58,860 nucleotides of DNA, taken from IMG/VR virus record IMGVR_UViG_3300045988_111499, positions 1 to 58,860 of that record; one strand, 5' to 3'. The position numbers and the translations under genes were made by a program. This DNA comes from a virus. Below, piece by piece: positions 7,729-18,008 of this stretch. How positions within the stretch are numbered: position 1 is the stretch's first letter; each line of letters starts with the position of its first letter. The notes under the pieces are model-generated. The model made no database searches. It was not told the origin of the DNA and saw only the letters and a program-made list of their open reading frames with translations.

Positions 7729-9434
7729 TACGGTTCACCTCGTATAATTATCTTTATCGGAATTGTAGCTGTGTTTTTCGTCCCGAAAGCCTTAAGCGTT
7801 ATACTCTTCGCGCTCTGACCACCATCCTGTAAATTCAGCTTTCCATACTCCGTGACCTGAGAAGCAGTAGCGTCGGATGAAAGGAAAATGTCAACTACGC
7901 TGTCTGCCGCAACTCCGAGAACACTGAGTGTCTGCGTGTACGGAGCTTCACTACCAGTCCATGTTGTGCCTATATTAGCTGTTCTTACCGTCGCTTTAAA
8001 CTTGTCCATATAAGCCTTTGCAACTTTGTTCTGAACAGGATTTGTTGACGTGTCGCTCATCTCGCTGTCAACCGTAATAGTCGTGCCGCCTGACGTAGGA
8101 GCAGTATATAGTTTCCCGTCCGTGCCTTTTCTGACGGGCTGAGTATCGGCGGCAGTGGCATCATCAGCCTTTATACCTCCGACAATATTAGCACCCGCAC
8201 TCGGTACAGTCTCAATCTTCTTGTCAAGCTCCGCTTTTATGACTTTGTTCTGCACGGGATTGGTTGAAGAATCGGAAAGAGCGGAATCAACCGTAACCGT
8301 AGCAGACGAGCCGTCAGAGCCTTTTGAACCGTTCTTGACTGTGAATGTAGCGGTATTGCCGTTTGTCAGCGTAACAGTGATTATGTTGTCACCACCGTCA
8401 GCCGTAGACGTTGTTGTCTGCACAACAGATTGAACACCCACACCGTCAGTGCCGGAATTGCCTTTGATATTCACGGGAGCGGGATTGTCCTTGCCGCCGT
8501 CATTCGTCCATGAGATAACACCGTCCGCGCTTACCGAAGGAGTGAATGTAACGCCGTCCGCTCCTGTTCCACCGCTTCCCGAACCTATTATAACAGGGTC
8601 TCCAACAGTCTCGTCCCCACACATAAGTTGCAGTCTGCCGTTTACGTACCTCAGTTTGTCGGGAACAAGTATGTAAGTCTGCTCGCCTGTCGGAGCAATA
8701 ACCACCCATACATTGGCACTTTCGGGAGGTGTCGCGCTTTCCGTTTCGCTCACGAATACGCCGCTGTCTCCGTCTTTGCCGTTTTCTCCAGGGTCTCCTT
8801 TTACGCCCTTTGCCGATATTCCTGTATCCGTCGTTCCTATATACCAGTTTCCGTTATCGCCGATGTGCGGGGTTATACCGTTGTCTCCTTTTGTTCCTTT
8901 CGCTGATATTCCCGTATCGGTGTCGCCTATATACCAGTTTCCGTTTGAACCTATGTGGGGTGTAACTCCGTCGTCGCCCTTGAACTCACCGCTTGCTACA
9001 GCGTCCTCAATGGCGTTATTTATCTCGCCCTTCACCGCGTCGAGAAGCTGAGAGAAGTTGTCTTTCGTGACTTTCTTCGTGTTGCCGCCCTTAGCCTTGT
9101 ATGTGGGTTTGACATTGATTTTGCCGGGCAGGGATATAATGTTTCGCGTTACATTGTCGCTGTCGGTGACATATCCGCACAAGACGAAATGCGCAACTCC
9201 CGACACAGCCGTTGCTTCCGGCGGAACGTCTATCTCGCTTGTCGAATCAAGTAAAAGAACCTCAACGGGAGCACCGCGCACGGGATGAAACACAACCTTT
9301 TTCGATAGGTCTTTCCACCCGTCGGAGAACTCAAACGACAGCTTGATATCCCCGAAAGAACCGCTTGTGCCGCCGTCTATCGCTTCCGGTTCAAGAGCGT
9401 ACTCATTCGCCCTTATCGTCTTTATTTCCGGCAT
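7728..9434 (-). CDS. Tail fibre with collagen-like G-X-Y stretch and duplicated repeats
   Basis: GDDGVTPHIGSNGNWYIGDTDTGISAKG duplicated. Also has KGDPGENGKDGDSG and two ..S.TSTNPVQNKV.. cassettes. Confidence 0.7.
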   Translation of the reverse strand: MPEIKTIRANEYALEPEAIDGGTSGSFGDIKLSFEFSDGWKDLSKKVVFHPVRGAPVEVLLLDSTSEIDVPPEATAVSGVAHFVLCGYVTDSDNVTRNIISLPGKINVKPTYKAKGGNTKKVTKDNFSQLLDAVKGEINNAIEDAVASGEFKGDDGVTPHIGSNGNWYIGDTDTGISAKGTKGDNGITPHIGDNGNWYIGTTDTGISAKGVKGDPGENGKDGDSGVFVSETESATPPESANVWVVIAPTGEQTYILVPDKLRYVNGRLQLMCGDETVGDPVIIGSGSGGTGADGVTFTPSVSADGVISWTNDGGKDNPAPVNIKGNSGTDGVGVQSVVQTTTSTADGGDNIITVTLTNGNTATFTVKNGSKGSDGSSATVTVDSALSDSSTNPVQNKVIKAELDKKIETVPSAGANIVGGIKADDATAADTQPVRKGTDGKLYTAPTSGGTTITVDSEMSDTSTNPVQNKVAKAYMDKFKATVRTANIGTTWTGSEAPYTQTLSVLGVAADSVVDIFLSSDATASQVTEYGKLNLQDGGQSAKSITLKAFGTKNTATIPIKIIIRGEP

Positions 9435-9606
9435 CGTCTACCTCCGTTTCGATTTCCTCTGCCAGTTTGTACGCCTTTACAAGACAGTCCGCAATCGCAG
9501 AAACAGTCGTACAGCCGGTAACGCCTGTGACTGTCATTTTGTTAATCCCTTGAAACGCCGCGTCTATCATCGTCTTGCATTCGCTAATCTTTTCTTTTGT
9601 GTCCAT
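9403..9606 (-). CDS. Small acidic protein
   Basis: 67-aa ORF in operon context. Confidence 0.4.
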   Translation of the reverse strand: MDTKEKISECKTMIDAAFQGINKMTVTGVTGCTTVSAIADCLVKAYKLAEEIETEVDDAGNKDDKGE

Positions 9607-9621
9607 TTCGTTCTCCTTTTA

Positions 9622-10803
9622 TCACACCGCTTTTGTGTTATCTACTATTTTTTTGGAACCGTAATAAATGCCATCTGCGCAGAAGGAGTACTCTCCGCTG
9701 TTCAGTGATACATCGCCACTATAATAAGCCGGAGAAAGTCTTATAATGCCATTTGATGCCATCATTAGTATATCGCTAAGGCTTTTTGCAAATATCATAC
9801 CATTCGCGCTTTCGAGCGAAATCGAACCTTTCGCTTCGACTTTGAACGCCACATTCTCTCTTGAGTTTGTCTCAAAATGCGGATTGTTTGTTTTTATAAC
9901 CAAAGCCCGACGCTCTTCATCTGGGGAAGAAGCACCGTTGTCACGAGTTAAGATTCTTGCCATTACAAAATCTTCATCATAATACGAGCTATAATTCATG
10001 AATTCTATTTCAGATTCAGAATTACCGTATTTATCGGCAGTTAAAGTAATTGTGCTTCCACGGATGGTTGTGTTGCCTGCTGAATCCTTGGAATAGAATT
10101 TGACATAACCATCGAGATTGATTTTGTCAGCTTTTATTACTACAGAGCTTTCGCTATTGTTCACCGCAGTGACAATAGATGCCGCCGTGACTTTGCCAGT
10201 CGTCGCGTCGGTGACATTCGCTATCATCGAAACGGTAGCCATGCCCTCTTGTGCTTCCGCGATAATGCCCGCAGTTGCAGAACTTATGAGGTTGTTTACA
10301 TCCGTTGTCGTAGTATAGCTTGCAAGCATTGATATAGTAGCCATCCCTTGACGTGCTTCAGATATAATACCTGCCTTTGCGTTAGAGATAAGCCCGTTCA
10401 CTTCGTCTGTTGTGGTGTACTGGGAAAGCATTGATATAGTAGCAAAATCCTTAGTTGCATTCGCCACAAATCCGGCGAGTGAATCCGTTCCCGTTCCGTT
10501 TTTCCATTCGGCAAAAGCTTTGATTGAAGCCGAGTTTTCATTAGTCTTGACTATGATAGAAGCTATGGAATTGCCTGTTTCTGATATTAGCCGCTTCATA
10601 CTGTCATCGAGATTGTCCATACCTATGTTGTACATAGCGTCAAGGTTGTCTCTGTTCTGTATGGCGAGCTGTTCCTTTATCGCCGCAAGTTCATTTTCAA
10701 GCTGTTTGAAACGGTCATTCTCTCTTCCGCTTATTTGTTTCTGTGCCTGTTTCTCTTTTTCGGGAACATTCGCTCCAAGATAATTACTCATTTTTGAAAA
10801 CAT
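9622..10803 (-). CDS. Virion structural protein: N-terminal coiled coil plus three ~37-aa tandem repeats
   Basis: ATISMLSQYTTTDEVNGLISNAKAGIISEA, then ATISMLASYTTTTDVNNLISSATAGIIAEA, then ATVSMIANVTD. The start could instead be ATG 10791. Confidence 0.6.
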   Translation of the reverse strand: MFSKMSNYLGANVPEKEKQAQKQISGRENDRFKQLENELAAIKEQLAIQNRDNLDAMYNIGMDNLDDSMKRLISETGNSIASIIVKTNENSASIKAFAEWKNGTGTDSLAGFVANATKDFATISMLSQYTTTDEVNGLISNAKAGIISEARQGMATISMLASYTTTTDVNNLISSATAGIIAEAQEGMATVSMIANVTDATTGKVTAASIVTAVNNSESSVVIKADKINLDGYVKFYSKDSAGNTTIRGSTITLTADKYGNSESEIEFMNYSSYYDEDFVMARILTRDNGASSPDEERRALVIKTNNPHFETNSRENVAFKVEAKGSISLESANGMIFAKSLSDILMMASNGIIRLSPAYYSGDVSLNSGEYSFCADGIYYGSKKIVDNTKAV

Positions 10804-12274
10804 CCCCTCCCCATGACAGAAGCAGCTCTATAGCAAGTATCTTTACGTCTCCGCTTCCCGCTATTCTCATCTTATGCATATAGCAGGAAGTCATTCTTAT
10901 CATGCGCCGCATAAGCCTACGACCGCCCACAGACGATTCTAAGACGGCTTTTGTTGTGGTAGTGTATTTATCCTCTGGACGCATTAAATACGCTCTCACG
11001 CTTGCTCCACTTGCAATATCACACAGAACGGATACTTTCTTGATTCTGCGAACGTCAATTCTTCCGGCAGCAAAGAAATCGGTTTCAAACCACCAGTCGC
11101 TTTCATACTCTTTGCCGCCGAGTTCATTATCCGCGTTTCCTCCGGCGTTGTTGAAAGCGTCCTCGTCATAGTCGATTATTCTAATCTTGCCGTCCCTGCA
11201 AAGCGCGACAATTCCCCATGATGTGGTTGCGAACTGCTTTACGTTGTTGTCTGAGTTGAGTTTAGACCAAACACCGCTCTTGTAGGTATAAAGTCCGTCT
11301 GAAATCTGCATATACACACGGTCTTTGTACGAGCCGAACACAGCTCCGTCAAGATTCATCCGTCCGAGTTCTCCGTTTATCTTCTTCGGAGTACCGCCCG
11401 TGAATGAATACACCGATTCACCGGACGCGAAATACAGCACGCCGCCGCATTCGGTCAGCGCATACGGATTGTCACAGCCGTAAGAGCCTACGTCAACTAT
11501 GCGGAACGGATTCTTGTTGTTGTAAACAAGCTGCATGAAGTCCTTTTTGAACAGCACAACGTGATTTGCGTATGTCGCTATAGCCGTAAACTTGCCGTCA
11601 GCTTTTACATTGGACTGCGACATTGACACCCACGCATTGGCGGAACTGCTTTCATCAGCTGTGTCAAGGTCGAAATCGGCATAATTGTTGAATGAAGAAG
11701 CATATACAAGGTCATCATTCACACCGAACAGCCTTGAACAGTATACGGAAGCATATTTTATCGGCGGATATGTCTCACCGAGAGATGCAGTCTGAAAGTT
11801 GGACGTTATGTTGAAGTCCATCGAAACACGGTCTGGATATATAAGAATCTTCCTCACATACATTGACGCCGCTATATTTTCGGTATTCGACGCGACATTG
11901 AACTGAACTGCGTATCTTTCAGTAAAATCCTCGCCTGTTCCTTTCGCCGTGCCTATCTCTCCGGTGTATTTAATATTGCCTGGTTTAATGTAGTCAGCCT
12001 TTATCTTTCCGCCGGAGCGGTATATCACAAGAAGCACGTCGCCGAATCCGTGAATTGATATCGGTTCTGTATATGTCTTGTACTCCTTTTGTTTTAAAAC
12101 CGCTTTAATCTCCGGCGGGTCTACAATAACTCCGCTCGCCCCTGTGAGCTGTCCCGTATCAATATCGTTTGTTAGGTTTAAACCGCCGAAATTCCAACGG
12201 ATAACGCGTGACTTGCTTTCGCCGGACGGTATGTACTGCGCACCATAGACAAATTCGTTGTTGTCTTTTGCCAT
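10784..12274 (-). CDS. Large virion structural protein (tail/adaptor region)
   Basis: 496 aa, placed between the head and fibre genes. Confidence 0.5.
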   Translation of the reverse strand: MAKDNNEFVYGAQYIPSGESKSRVIRWNFGGLNLTNDIDTGQLTGASGVIVDPPEIKAVLKQKEYKTYTEPISIHGFGDVLLVIYRSGGKIKADYIKPGNIKYTGEIGTAKGTGEDFTERYAVQFNVASNTENIAASMYVRKILIYPDRVSMDFNITSNFQTASLGETYPPIKYASVYCSRLFGVNDDLVYASSFNNYADFDLDTADESSSANAWVSMSQSNVKADGKFTAIATYANHVVLFKKDFMQLVYNNKNPFRIVDVGSYGCDNPYALTECGGVLYFASGESVYSFTGGTPKKINGELGRMNLDGAVFGSYKDRVYMQISDGLYTYKSGVWSKLNSDNNVKQFATTSWGIVALCRDGKIRIIDYDEDAFNNAGGNADNELGGKEYESDWWFETDFFAAGRIDVRRIKKVSVLCDIASGASVRAYLMRPEDKYTTTTKAVLESSVGGRRLMRRMIRMTSCYMHKMRIAGSGDVKILAIELLLSWGGDVFKNE

Positions 12275-12277
12275 GCG

Positions 12278-12898
12278 TTAACCTCCGTATCTTTTATTAC
12301 GCTTTTCCGCCCAAACCTTGAAGCTCTCAAGCTGTGTGTTGTAGTCTGCAAGCCACTTTCCGGCAAGTCCGTCCTCGTTCGCGATTTTGTACGCTTCTCC
12401 GCGCAGTCTCGCCGATACCATGTCGAGAAATTCCGTCGGAACTGCAACGTTTTGATTGCCTGTTTCCGTCTTCATTATTGGTCGGAGACGGTATATAACC
12501 GTAATTTTATACGGCACTTCCGTGAGACTTAGCACAAGATTCCCGTTGTAGTCTGTGTAGTACAGATTCTTGTCAGAGAAGTTCATCACGCCCTTTATAC
12601 CGCTTTTCTCAACTTGCACTCCGTCGGCATAAACCGCTATAACATCGTCATAGGTAACGGAAGCACAGCCGGAAGGGACTGTAAGCGTCGATAACATCAC
12701 CGAATCGGAAGCATAGTCAATCTCTGCGGAAGCATATTCGTCAAGTATTTCGGTGTAGATGAACTGCTCGACAGTATTAAGCCATCTGTACCACGAATCA
12801 GATTGAATCTCTATCGAAATATCCGCTTCTCCGATTATCGAATTAATGAAATCGGAACACTTTACTCCGCTGTCATACATGGAAATACCCTCCGTCAA
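12278..12898 (-). CDS. Head-tail connector-like protein
   Basis: 206 aa. Assigned from position only. Confidence 0.45.
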   Translation of the reverse strand: MTEGISMYDSGVKCSDFINSIIGEADISIEIQSDSWYRWLNTVEQFIYTEILDEYASAEIDYASDSVMLSTLTVPSGCASVTYDDVIAVYADGVQVEKSGIKGVMNFSDKNLYYTDYNGNLVLSLTEVPYKITVIYRLRPIMKTETGNQNVAVPTEFLDMVSARLRGEAYKIANEDGLAGKWLADYNTQLESFKVWAEKRNKRYGG

Positions 12899-13220
12899 GC
12901 AGTCGTTTTCTGCTCATTCTTCGTGCATACACAGCCTTGTAAGCAAAGTCCGCTTCGTTCACAAAATCGGTCTTTCTGTCGCTGTCTCCCGTGATGAGAT
13001 ATAACAGGTTGTCGCAAATGGCGGCTCTGTATTCGTCGTATATCGGTATGTCCGTGTCGACTGTTCTCGGTCGCTGATATCCCGCGCCGCCTTGTATAAC
13101 TTTCGACACACCGTATTTCCCGACAAGGTAGTTTATAGTCGTGTCGAGATGAGTGAGGAAAGTATTATGAGAACAATCAGAAGTAAGAGTGACTGTATCA
13201 TATAAATCCTTTACGTTCAA
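12873..13220 (-). CDS. Head completion/connector-like protein
   Basis: ORF track 12873-13298. Start refined to TTG 13220, 6 nt after AAGGAGG. Confidence 0.45.
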   Translation of the reverse strand: MNVKDLYDTVTLTSDCSHNTFLTHLDTTINYLVGKYGVSKVIQGGAGYQRPRTVDTDIPIYDEYRAAICDNLLYLITGDSDRKTDFVNEADFAYKAVYARRMSRKRLLDGGYFHV

Positions 13221-13306
13221 ATCGTTCCTCCTTTGTAGAATTATACGCAAACAGAAAAGGGAGTAGGGACTGTCCCTGCCCCCTTCTGCTTTATGCATGG
13301 GTTAGA

Positions 13307-14509
13307 TTATTCGGTCTTTCTTTCGATTTCAATGCAAGTACCGGGGTTCTTGCAAATGAGTTCAAGGTAGTTTGCAAGGCAAGCACGGTATACGGACTTG
13401 CCTTCCATGAGGTTGAAAATACCGCCGCCCTGGTAAGCCATGAAGTCCCATCCGGTCTGTCTGAGTTCAAACTGAGATGTGTCAACGCCCCACGCCTTAG
13501 AAGCCGGAACAAATCTCTCGTTGTAAACATCAACCTCTCTGTTGCCGTAAACAATCTTGATTGAAGCGAAACCGTTGCGGTAGTTGTTGTTGGTTACATA
13601 TTGAGTATTTGAGGACTTAAGGTAGTTGAGGAAGTCGGAATAGAGGGTGTCGCCCATCATGATAAGGTCAATCTTGCCGCGTCTCATTCTCTCGGAATCC
13701 TGAATAGCCTTGTTGATGAGAACATCGTCGGGTTCTTCTGTCTTCGCGGCAGTTACTGTGTAAGAGTAAGTGAGAGGCTTAAGCCAAGGATTATCAGCCT
13801 TTGTAAGACCGTAGATTGAAGTGATAGCGGAATCGTAAATAGTACCGAGACCGGTAATCTCTCTATCCTTGGAATTCTGCGTGTAGATAACCGCATTTGC
13901 ACCGCAAGTGAATGTGGTGTCGAATGTAACTGTCTTTGTGGAGTGGTCGATAGCCTTAATCTGTACTCCTGCTTTAGCGACAGTGCCGCCGCTCTCGTAA
14001 ATGTCGCAAGTAAGACCTTCCATGAGATAAGAGGTGTCGTTTACAACATGAGAAGCCTTTGCGGAAGTAGCTGCTGCGGAAATAGTCGCAAGCTTGCCTG
14101 AACCGTTGCCGAAAAGCATTCTGCCGACGTTCCATGCGCACGCTTCATATGATGCGTCCATCTCGTCCTTTACCGCGTCAATCATAGCCGACTTTGCGCT
14201 TCTGCCGAGCTGAATAGCCTTGTTGGAAATACGAAGCTCGTTGTACGCGTCCTTTGTGGTGTAATTGAGCTTAGAGTAAAGCGGAGCGTGTGCGTCGGGA
14301 GTGTCCTGTCCTTCGCCGCTCATACCAAAGCCGCCGCCGATACCGATTCTCGCGCCAAATTGACCCATAGAAGCATCAAGAGTGCCTTTCTTAATCTTCT
14401 GCATGAAGATTGACGGGTCAACATTCAGCGCGTTGTTCAGAAACGGAAGATACTCGTTAAGGAGTATGTTCTGAATATTGTTGAGGTCCTGTGTTCTGGG
14501 ATTAGTCAT
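13307..14509 (-). CDS. Major capsid protein
   Basis: 400 aa, directly downstream of a Q/A/E-rich scaffold-like gene with a strong RBS. Assigned from position and size. Confidence 0.7.
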   Translation of the reverse strand: MTNPRTQDLNNIQNILLNEYLPFLNNALNVDPSIFMQKIKKGTLDASMGQFGARIGIGGGFGMSGEGQDTPDAHAPLYSKLNYTTKDAYNELRISNKAIQLGRSAKSAMIDAVKDEMDASYEACAWNVGRMLFGNGSGKLATISAAATSAKASHVVNDTSYLMEGLTCDIYESGGTVAKAGVQIKAIDHSTKTVTFDTTFTCGANAVIYTQNSKDREITGLGTIYDSAITSIYGLTKADNPWLKPLTYSYTVTAAKTEEPDDVLINKAIQDSERMRRGKIDLIMMGDTLYSDFLNYLKSSNTQYVTNNNYRNGFASIKIVYGNREVDVYNERFVPASKAWGVDTSQFELRQTGWDFMAYQGGGIFNLMEGKSVYRACLANYLELICKNPGTCIEIERKTE

Positions 14510-14537
14510 TTAATAAATCTCCTTTTCTTGAATGATT

Positions 14538-15512
14538 TTATCTGCCCCAGTATTTGTCGACGTTAGAGAAGAGTTCTTCCTTTGTCTGGGGTCTGTGTTC
14601 CGGAACTGCCGCGGCGTTGGTCATGCCCTGAGAAGCAGTCATTTTAGGCAGGTTTTCATTTTGCTTTTGTATGTTCTGCGCACGCCTGATTTCGAGTGCC
14701 TTTTGAGCGTCAGGGTTCGCCATTACCGCCGATACAAGTTCATCTGTCGTCATAGTCTTGTTAGGGTCTGACCTCAGCCCGCGATTGATAAGACCGCCGA
14801 GAAGTCTCGCTCTTCCTGGTTCCATCGAGCTAAACTCCGGCATAGAGCCTATAAAGCTGTCAATCTCCGCATCGTGTTCGCGGAAATCGGGGAATCTCGG
14901 GTCATTGTAAATCTGGTCTTTCGCCGCCGATACAGCAGCTTCACGCGTTCTCGCTTCGTAATCGTCTCGCACGGGCTGCATTTCTGTCATCATCTCCTGG
15001 CGAATCATCTCGCGGAGAGCGTTCGCCATGTCTGCTTGATATTGATTCTGCGCCTGCGCCTGTTCGTCGGGGGACATATACTGAAGCTCGTTAATGTTGA
15101 GCTGAGGAAGCGTGATTGTTGCCGCCTGATTGGCAGCTTCTTCGGCAATTTGCGCTTGCTCCTGCACCGCCTGTCGTGACTGTCCGAGAGACTGCACAAG
15201 CTGTGATATCTGCTCTGAGAGCTGCTGATTCCGCGCTCTTAGCTCGTTTATCATGGCGGTCTGTGGGTCTTGTGTCGGAATCTGTGTCTGCTCCGTTGCA
15301 GTCGGTGTTGTTTCCTGCACCTGCGCAGCGTCGGCGGTATCTGTAGACTGTGCGTTTTCGACAGCCGCGGCTTCGTCAGCCATAACCTGTGCGTCTGCAT
15401 CTGCCTGAGCTTGTGCATCATCGGCAGCCGCTTCTTCCGCAGCTACACGGGCAAATCCGGCGTCAAGTACATCGTTAAGTGACTGATATTCGTTTTCGTC
15501 GCGTTCGTTCAT
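14538..15512 (-). CDS. Scaffolding protein
   Basis: 324 aa, low-complexity A/Q/E-rich and helical, lying between portal and capsid. Confidence 0.65.
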   Translation of the reverse strand: MNERDENEYQSLNDVLDAGFARVAAEEAAADDAQAQADADAQVMADEAAAVENAQSTDTADAAQVQETTPTATEQTQIPTQDPQTAMINELRARNQQLSEQISQLVQSLGQSRQAVQEQAQIAEEAANQAATITLPQLNINELQYMSPDEQAQAQNQYQADMANALREMIRQEMMTEMQPVRDDYEARTREAAVSAAKDQIYNDPRFPDFREHDAEIDSFIGSMPEFSSMEPGRARLLGGLINRGLRSDPNKTMTTDELVSAVMANPDAQKALEIRRAQNIQKQNENLPKMTASQGMTNAAAVPEHRPQTKEELFSNVDKYWGR

Positions 15513-17554
15513 TTTAATTCACCTTTCTGTTGTAATGTCTGAGCAGCCATAGCCTTTTGCATTGCTTCTTGTTCTGCCGCCTGCTGCTGTCTTGCAAGTT
15601 TCTGTTTGTGGTCTTCTATGTGCGCGTCAAACATCTTGCAGTATTCCGGCGCGCGCTTCATAAGCTGTCTGTAATCAGAGCCGAGAGCATATTTAACGTG
15701 TTCTTCGATGTGGATTGCATCATCATCGTAAATAAATCTCTCGGGTATTACGCCGCTTTCGAGGTATGCGTTCTCGCGGTTCGCGTTCTTCCGCTGTAAA
15801 TCCACTTCGGAGTATGAGGACGGCGCGTCTCGCAGGTCAAATAAATCAAGTCCCTGCTCAATAAAACGCTTGTCAATACGTCCGTCGTCTCCCGTTAGAA
15901 GTCCCGCATTAAGAGCCGCGATAAAATCCTGTCTCTTTTGGTCTTTGGAGTGCCTTAACTCGTTTTCGGCGGCAAAATCCACGTCATACGAGTTGATATC
16001 CTCCGAACACCATGTGTAAACTCCGCCTATCTCGTCCTGTCCGGCTATCATCAGTACGCGATAACCGCTCGAAAACTCCTTGTTGAGCATGAGCCAGACA
16101 CGAGCCATCGAAAGCACACCGCCGCGTATGCTGTCGGCAGTAAGCGACATACGAGTTGAATCTATCTGCCGCAGGTTGTCAATCGCAGTGCCGGAAGTTA
16201 CGCCGGACGGAGCCGCACCGACTACCATAAGCTGAGATACACCAGCCGTGTACTCCATATCAGACGAAAGCCTGTCAAGCATCGAATACACGATTGACGG
16301 CGGTTCGGGATAGTCTACTATCTCCGGCTTTCCGAACGATGGGTCATACACAAGCACGGAACCCGCTTCCATCGTGATTTCGTCCGCGTCCTCGTCCGTG
16401 TCGGGGTCTATGAGAGAACCGGACGGCACAAGCCACGGATTATTCGCCACAGTGTCAATAAAGTCCTGTATCTTGTTGTAGTTCTCGTTGTACGACCTTT
16501 GTAGAGGAATCAAGTCTTGTATAACGGACTTGCCGAAGAACTGTCCCGATACAGGCTTTGACTTAATCGCCACAAGTGGGAATACACCGGCAGGAAGTGA
16601 ACCGTAATATACAATCTCGTCCTTGATAACCGTGATAAGCCGCCCCATAGGATAGCTTTTAGACGGATTCTCGAGGTACATTATCACTCTCTCGCAGTTT
16701 TCTCTCGTCGTTTTCGTCATGCCGTAAGAGGTGTAAGAGCTGCCGTGACCTGTCGTGCCGTTAGGAAGCGGAGTGAGAATATAGCTCTCAATCTCTTCTC
16801 CGTCAAACTTTTTGCCGTATAGGTCGTATATCTCGCCGACATCAAGCACGCGCTCTATGATAACATCGTGCTGGTCTTCGATTTCCTCAACCGTGAGCGA
16901 AAACGGAAACACTTCATACGGCGATATCAGCCCGAAAGCAATGTCGCCCGACATGACAGGCTTTTCCTCTGCAACAGTGTCGCCGTCCGCGTTCATTCGC
17001 GTCACAGTGCCGTTTCCGACAACCTCTCCGATTTCCGCGTCCCACCAAGACAAGGTAAATGCAGTGCCGCATAACTCGCACCACGATATCAGCTTGTCAA
17101 TTTTGTTCTTAAAGTCCGTCACCGACTGGCAGTATTCAAGCAGTTTCGTTGAGGTCTTCGCTTTCTCCACGTCGTCGGCTTCCGGTGAGCGCGGATTGAC
17201 AATCATCTGATACTTGACCGTGCCGAGATTGGCGTGACGCGTCTCCATCAGCGGAGCAATGCGGTTGTAAACTCGTCTCTCCTTGTCGGCTTTGGTCTCC
17301 CTCTCCGTGTCCTTAATGACGTTTTTGTACACGTCAATGTCGCAGTTTTGATGTCCCGCCATAAAGTTGGCGTTCAGCGTCCATTGCAACTCGTACCGCG
17401 CTCTTTCGTCTCGCCGTCTCTCAAGCTCCTGCTTTATCCCGTCTACTACGTCTTCGTAGTATATCCGTTCCCCCTTCTCATCGAGGTCTACGGGTATGTT
17501 CGGCGGGTCGGGCTTGTTTTTCGGTTTGCCGCGGAATAAATCAAGCAAACTCAT
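15509..17554 (-). CDS. Portal protein
   Basis: 681 aa, downstream of terL and upstream of the scaffold gene. Confidence 0.7.
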   Translation of the reverse strand: MSLLDLFRGKPKNKPDPPNIPVDLDEKGERIYYEDVVDGIKQELERRRDERARYELQWTLNANFMAGHQNCDIDVYKNVIKDTERETKADKERRVYNRIAPLMETRHANLGTVKYQMIVNPRSPEADDVEKAKTSTKLLEYCQSVTDFKNKIDKLISWCELCGTAFTLSWWDAEIGEVVGNGTVTRMNADGDTVAEEKPVMSGDIAFGLISPYEVFPFSLTVEEIEDQHDVIIERVLDVGEIYDLYGKKFDGEEIESYILTPLPNGTTGHGSSYTSYGMTKTTRENCERVIMYLENPSKSYPMGRLITVIKDEIVYYGSLPAGVFPLVAIKSKPVSGQFFGKSVIQDLIPLQRSYNENYNKIQDFIDTVANNPWLVPSGSLIDPDTDEDADEITMEAGSVLVYDPSFGKPEIVDYPEPPSIVYSMLDRLSSDMEYTAGVSQLMVVGAAPSGVTSGTAIDNLRQIDSTRMSLTADSIRGGVLSMARVWLMLNKEFSSGYRVLMIAGQDEIGGVYTWCSEDINSYDVDFAAENELRHSKDQKRQDFIAALNAGLLTGDDGRIDKRFIEQGLDLFDLRDAPSSYSEVDLQRKNANRENAYLESGVIPERFIYDDDAIHIEEHVKYALGSDYRQLMKRAPEYCKMFDAHIEDHKQKLARQQQAAEQEAMQKAMAAQTLQQKGELK

Positions 17555-17748
17555 GTACTACCACCTCCGTCTCTCGGCTTTTTGCGGTATGGAGATATAA
17601 CTCCCGTCTTCCCGCGTCTCTCCGGCGGAAGTCCGCACTTGTCGGAGATAAGCCGCTCAATCATCTTGTCCTTGCGGAGATTGTCGTACATCACAGCCGC
17701 AAGCGAGACTGACAGCACCACCACAGCGCATATCAGTCCGTATATCAT
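17551..17748 (-). CDS. Small membrane protein
   Basis: 65 aa with an N-terminal TM segment. Translationally coupled to its neighbours. Confidence 0.4.
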   Translation of the reverse strand: MIYGLICAVVVLSVSLAAVMYDNLRKDKMIERLISDKCGLPPERRGKTGVISPYRKKPRDGGGST

Positions 17749-18008
17749 GCCTTGCTCCTTGTCTTGCGCACAGTCTGCACTGCGGGAGCATCGTTTTCCT
17801 TATCATTCTGCGCGTCTGTCTCTTCCGCCGGCTCTGCAAGACCGCTTAACAGCCCTATCGACTTAGCACAGTCGGGACAGAGGTACAGACCGCCGTTAAA
17901 CACATCAGTCCTCTTAGAGTAGAGGTCGGTGTTTTTGTTGCGGCATCCGCCCATCATGCACAGCCGTGCGTGATTTATCTTGTTTTTCGTTACAGCCATA
18001 CTGCTCAT
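17745..18008 (-). CDS. Small Cys-containing (zinc-ribbon-like) protein
   Basis: 87 aa with the segment ..LCMMGGC..LYLCPDC... Confidence 0.45.
   Translation of the reverse strand: MSSMAVTKNKINHARLCMMGGCRNKNTDLYSKRTDVFNGGLYLCPDCAKSIGLLSGLAEPAEETDAQNDKENDAPAVQTVRKTRSKA

Noticed and set aside
5422-9434. Diversity-generating retroelement acting on the repeated fibre cassettes
   Set aside because: No reverse transcriptase ORF (no YxDD-type motif) exists anywhere in the genome. The repeats are in-gene duplications and shared modules, not a template/variable-region pair with adenine-specific differences.
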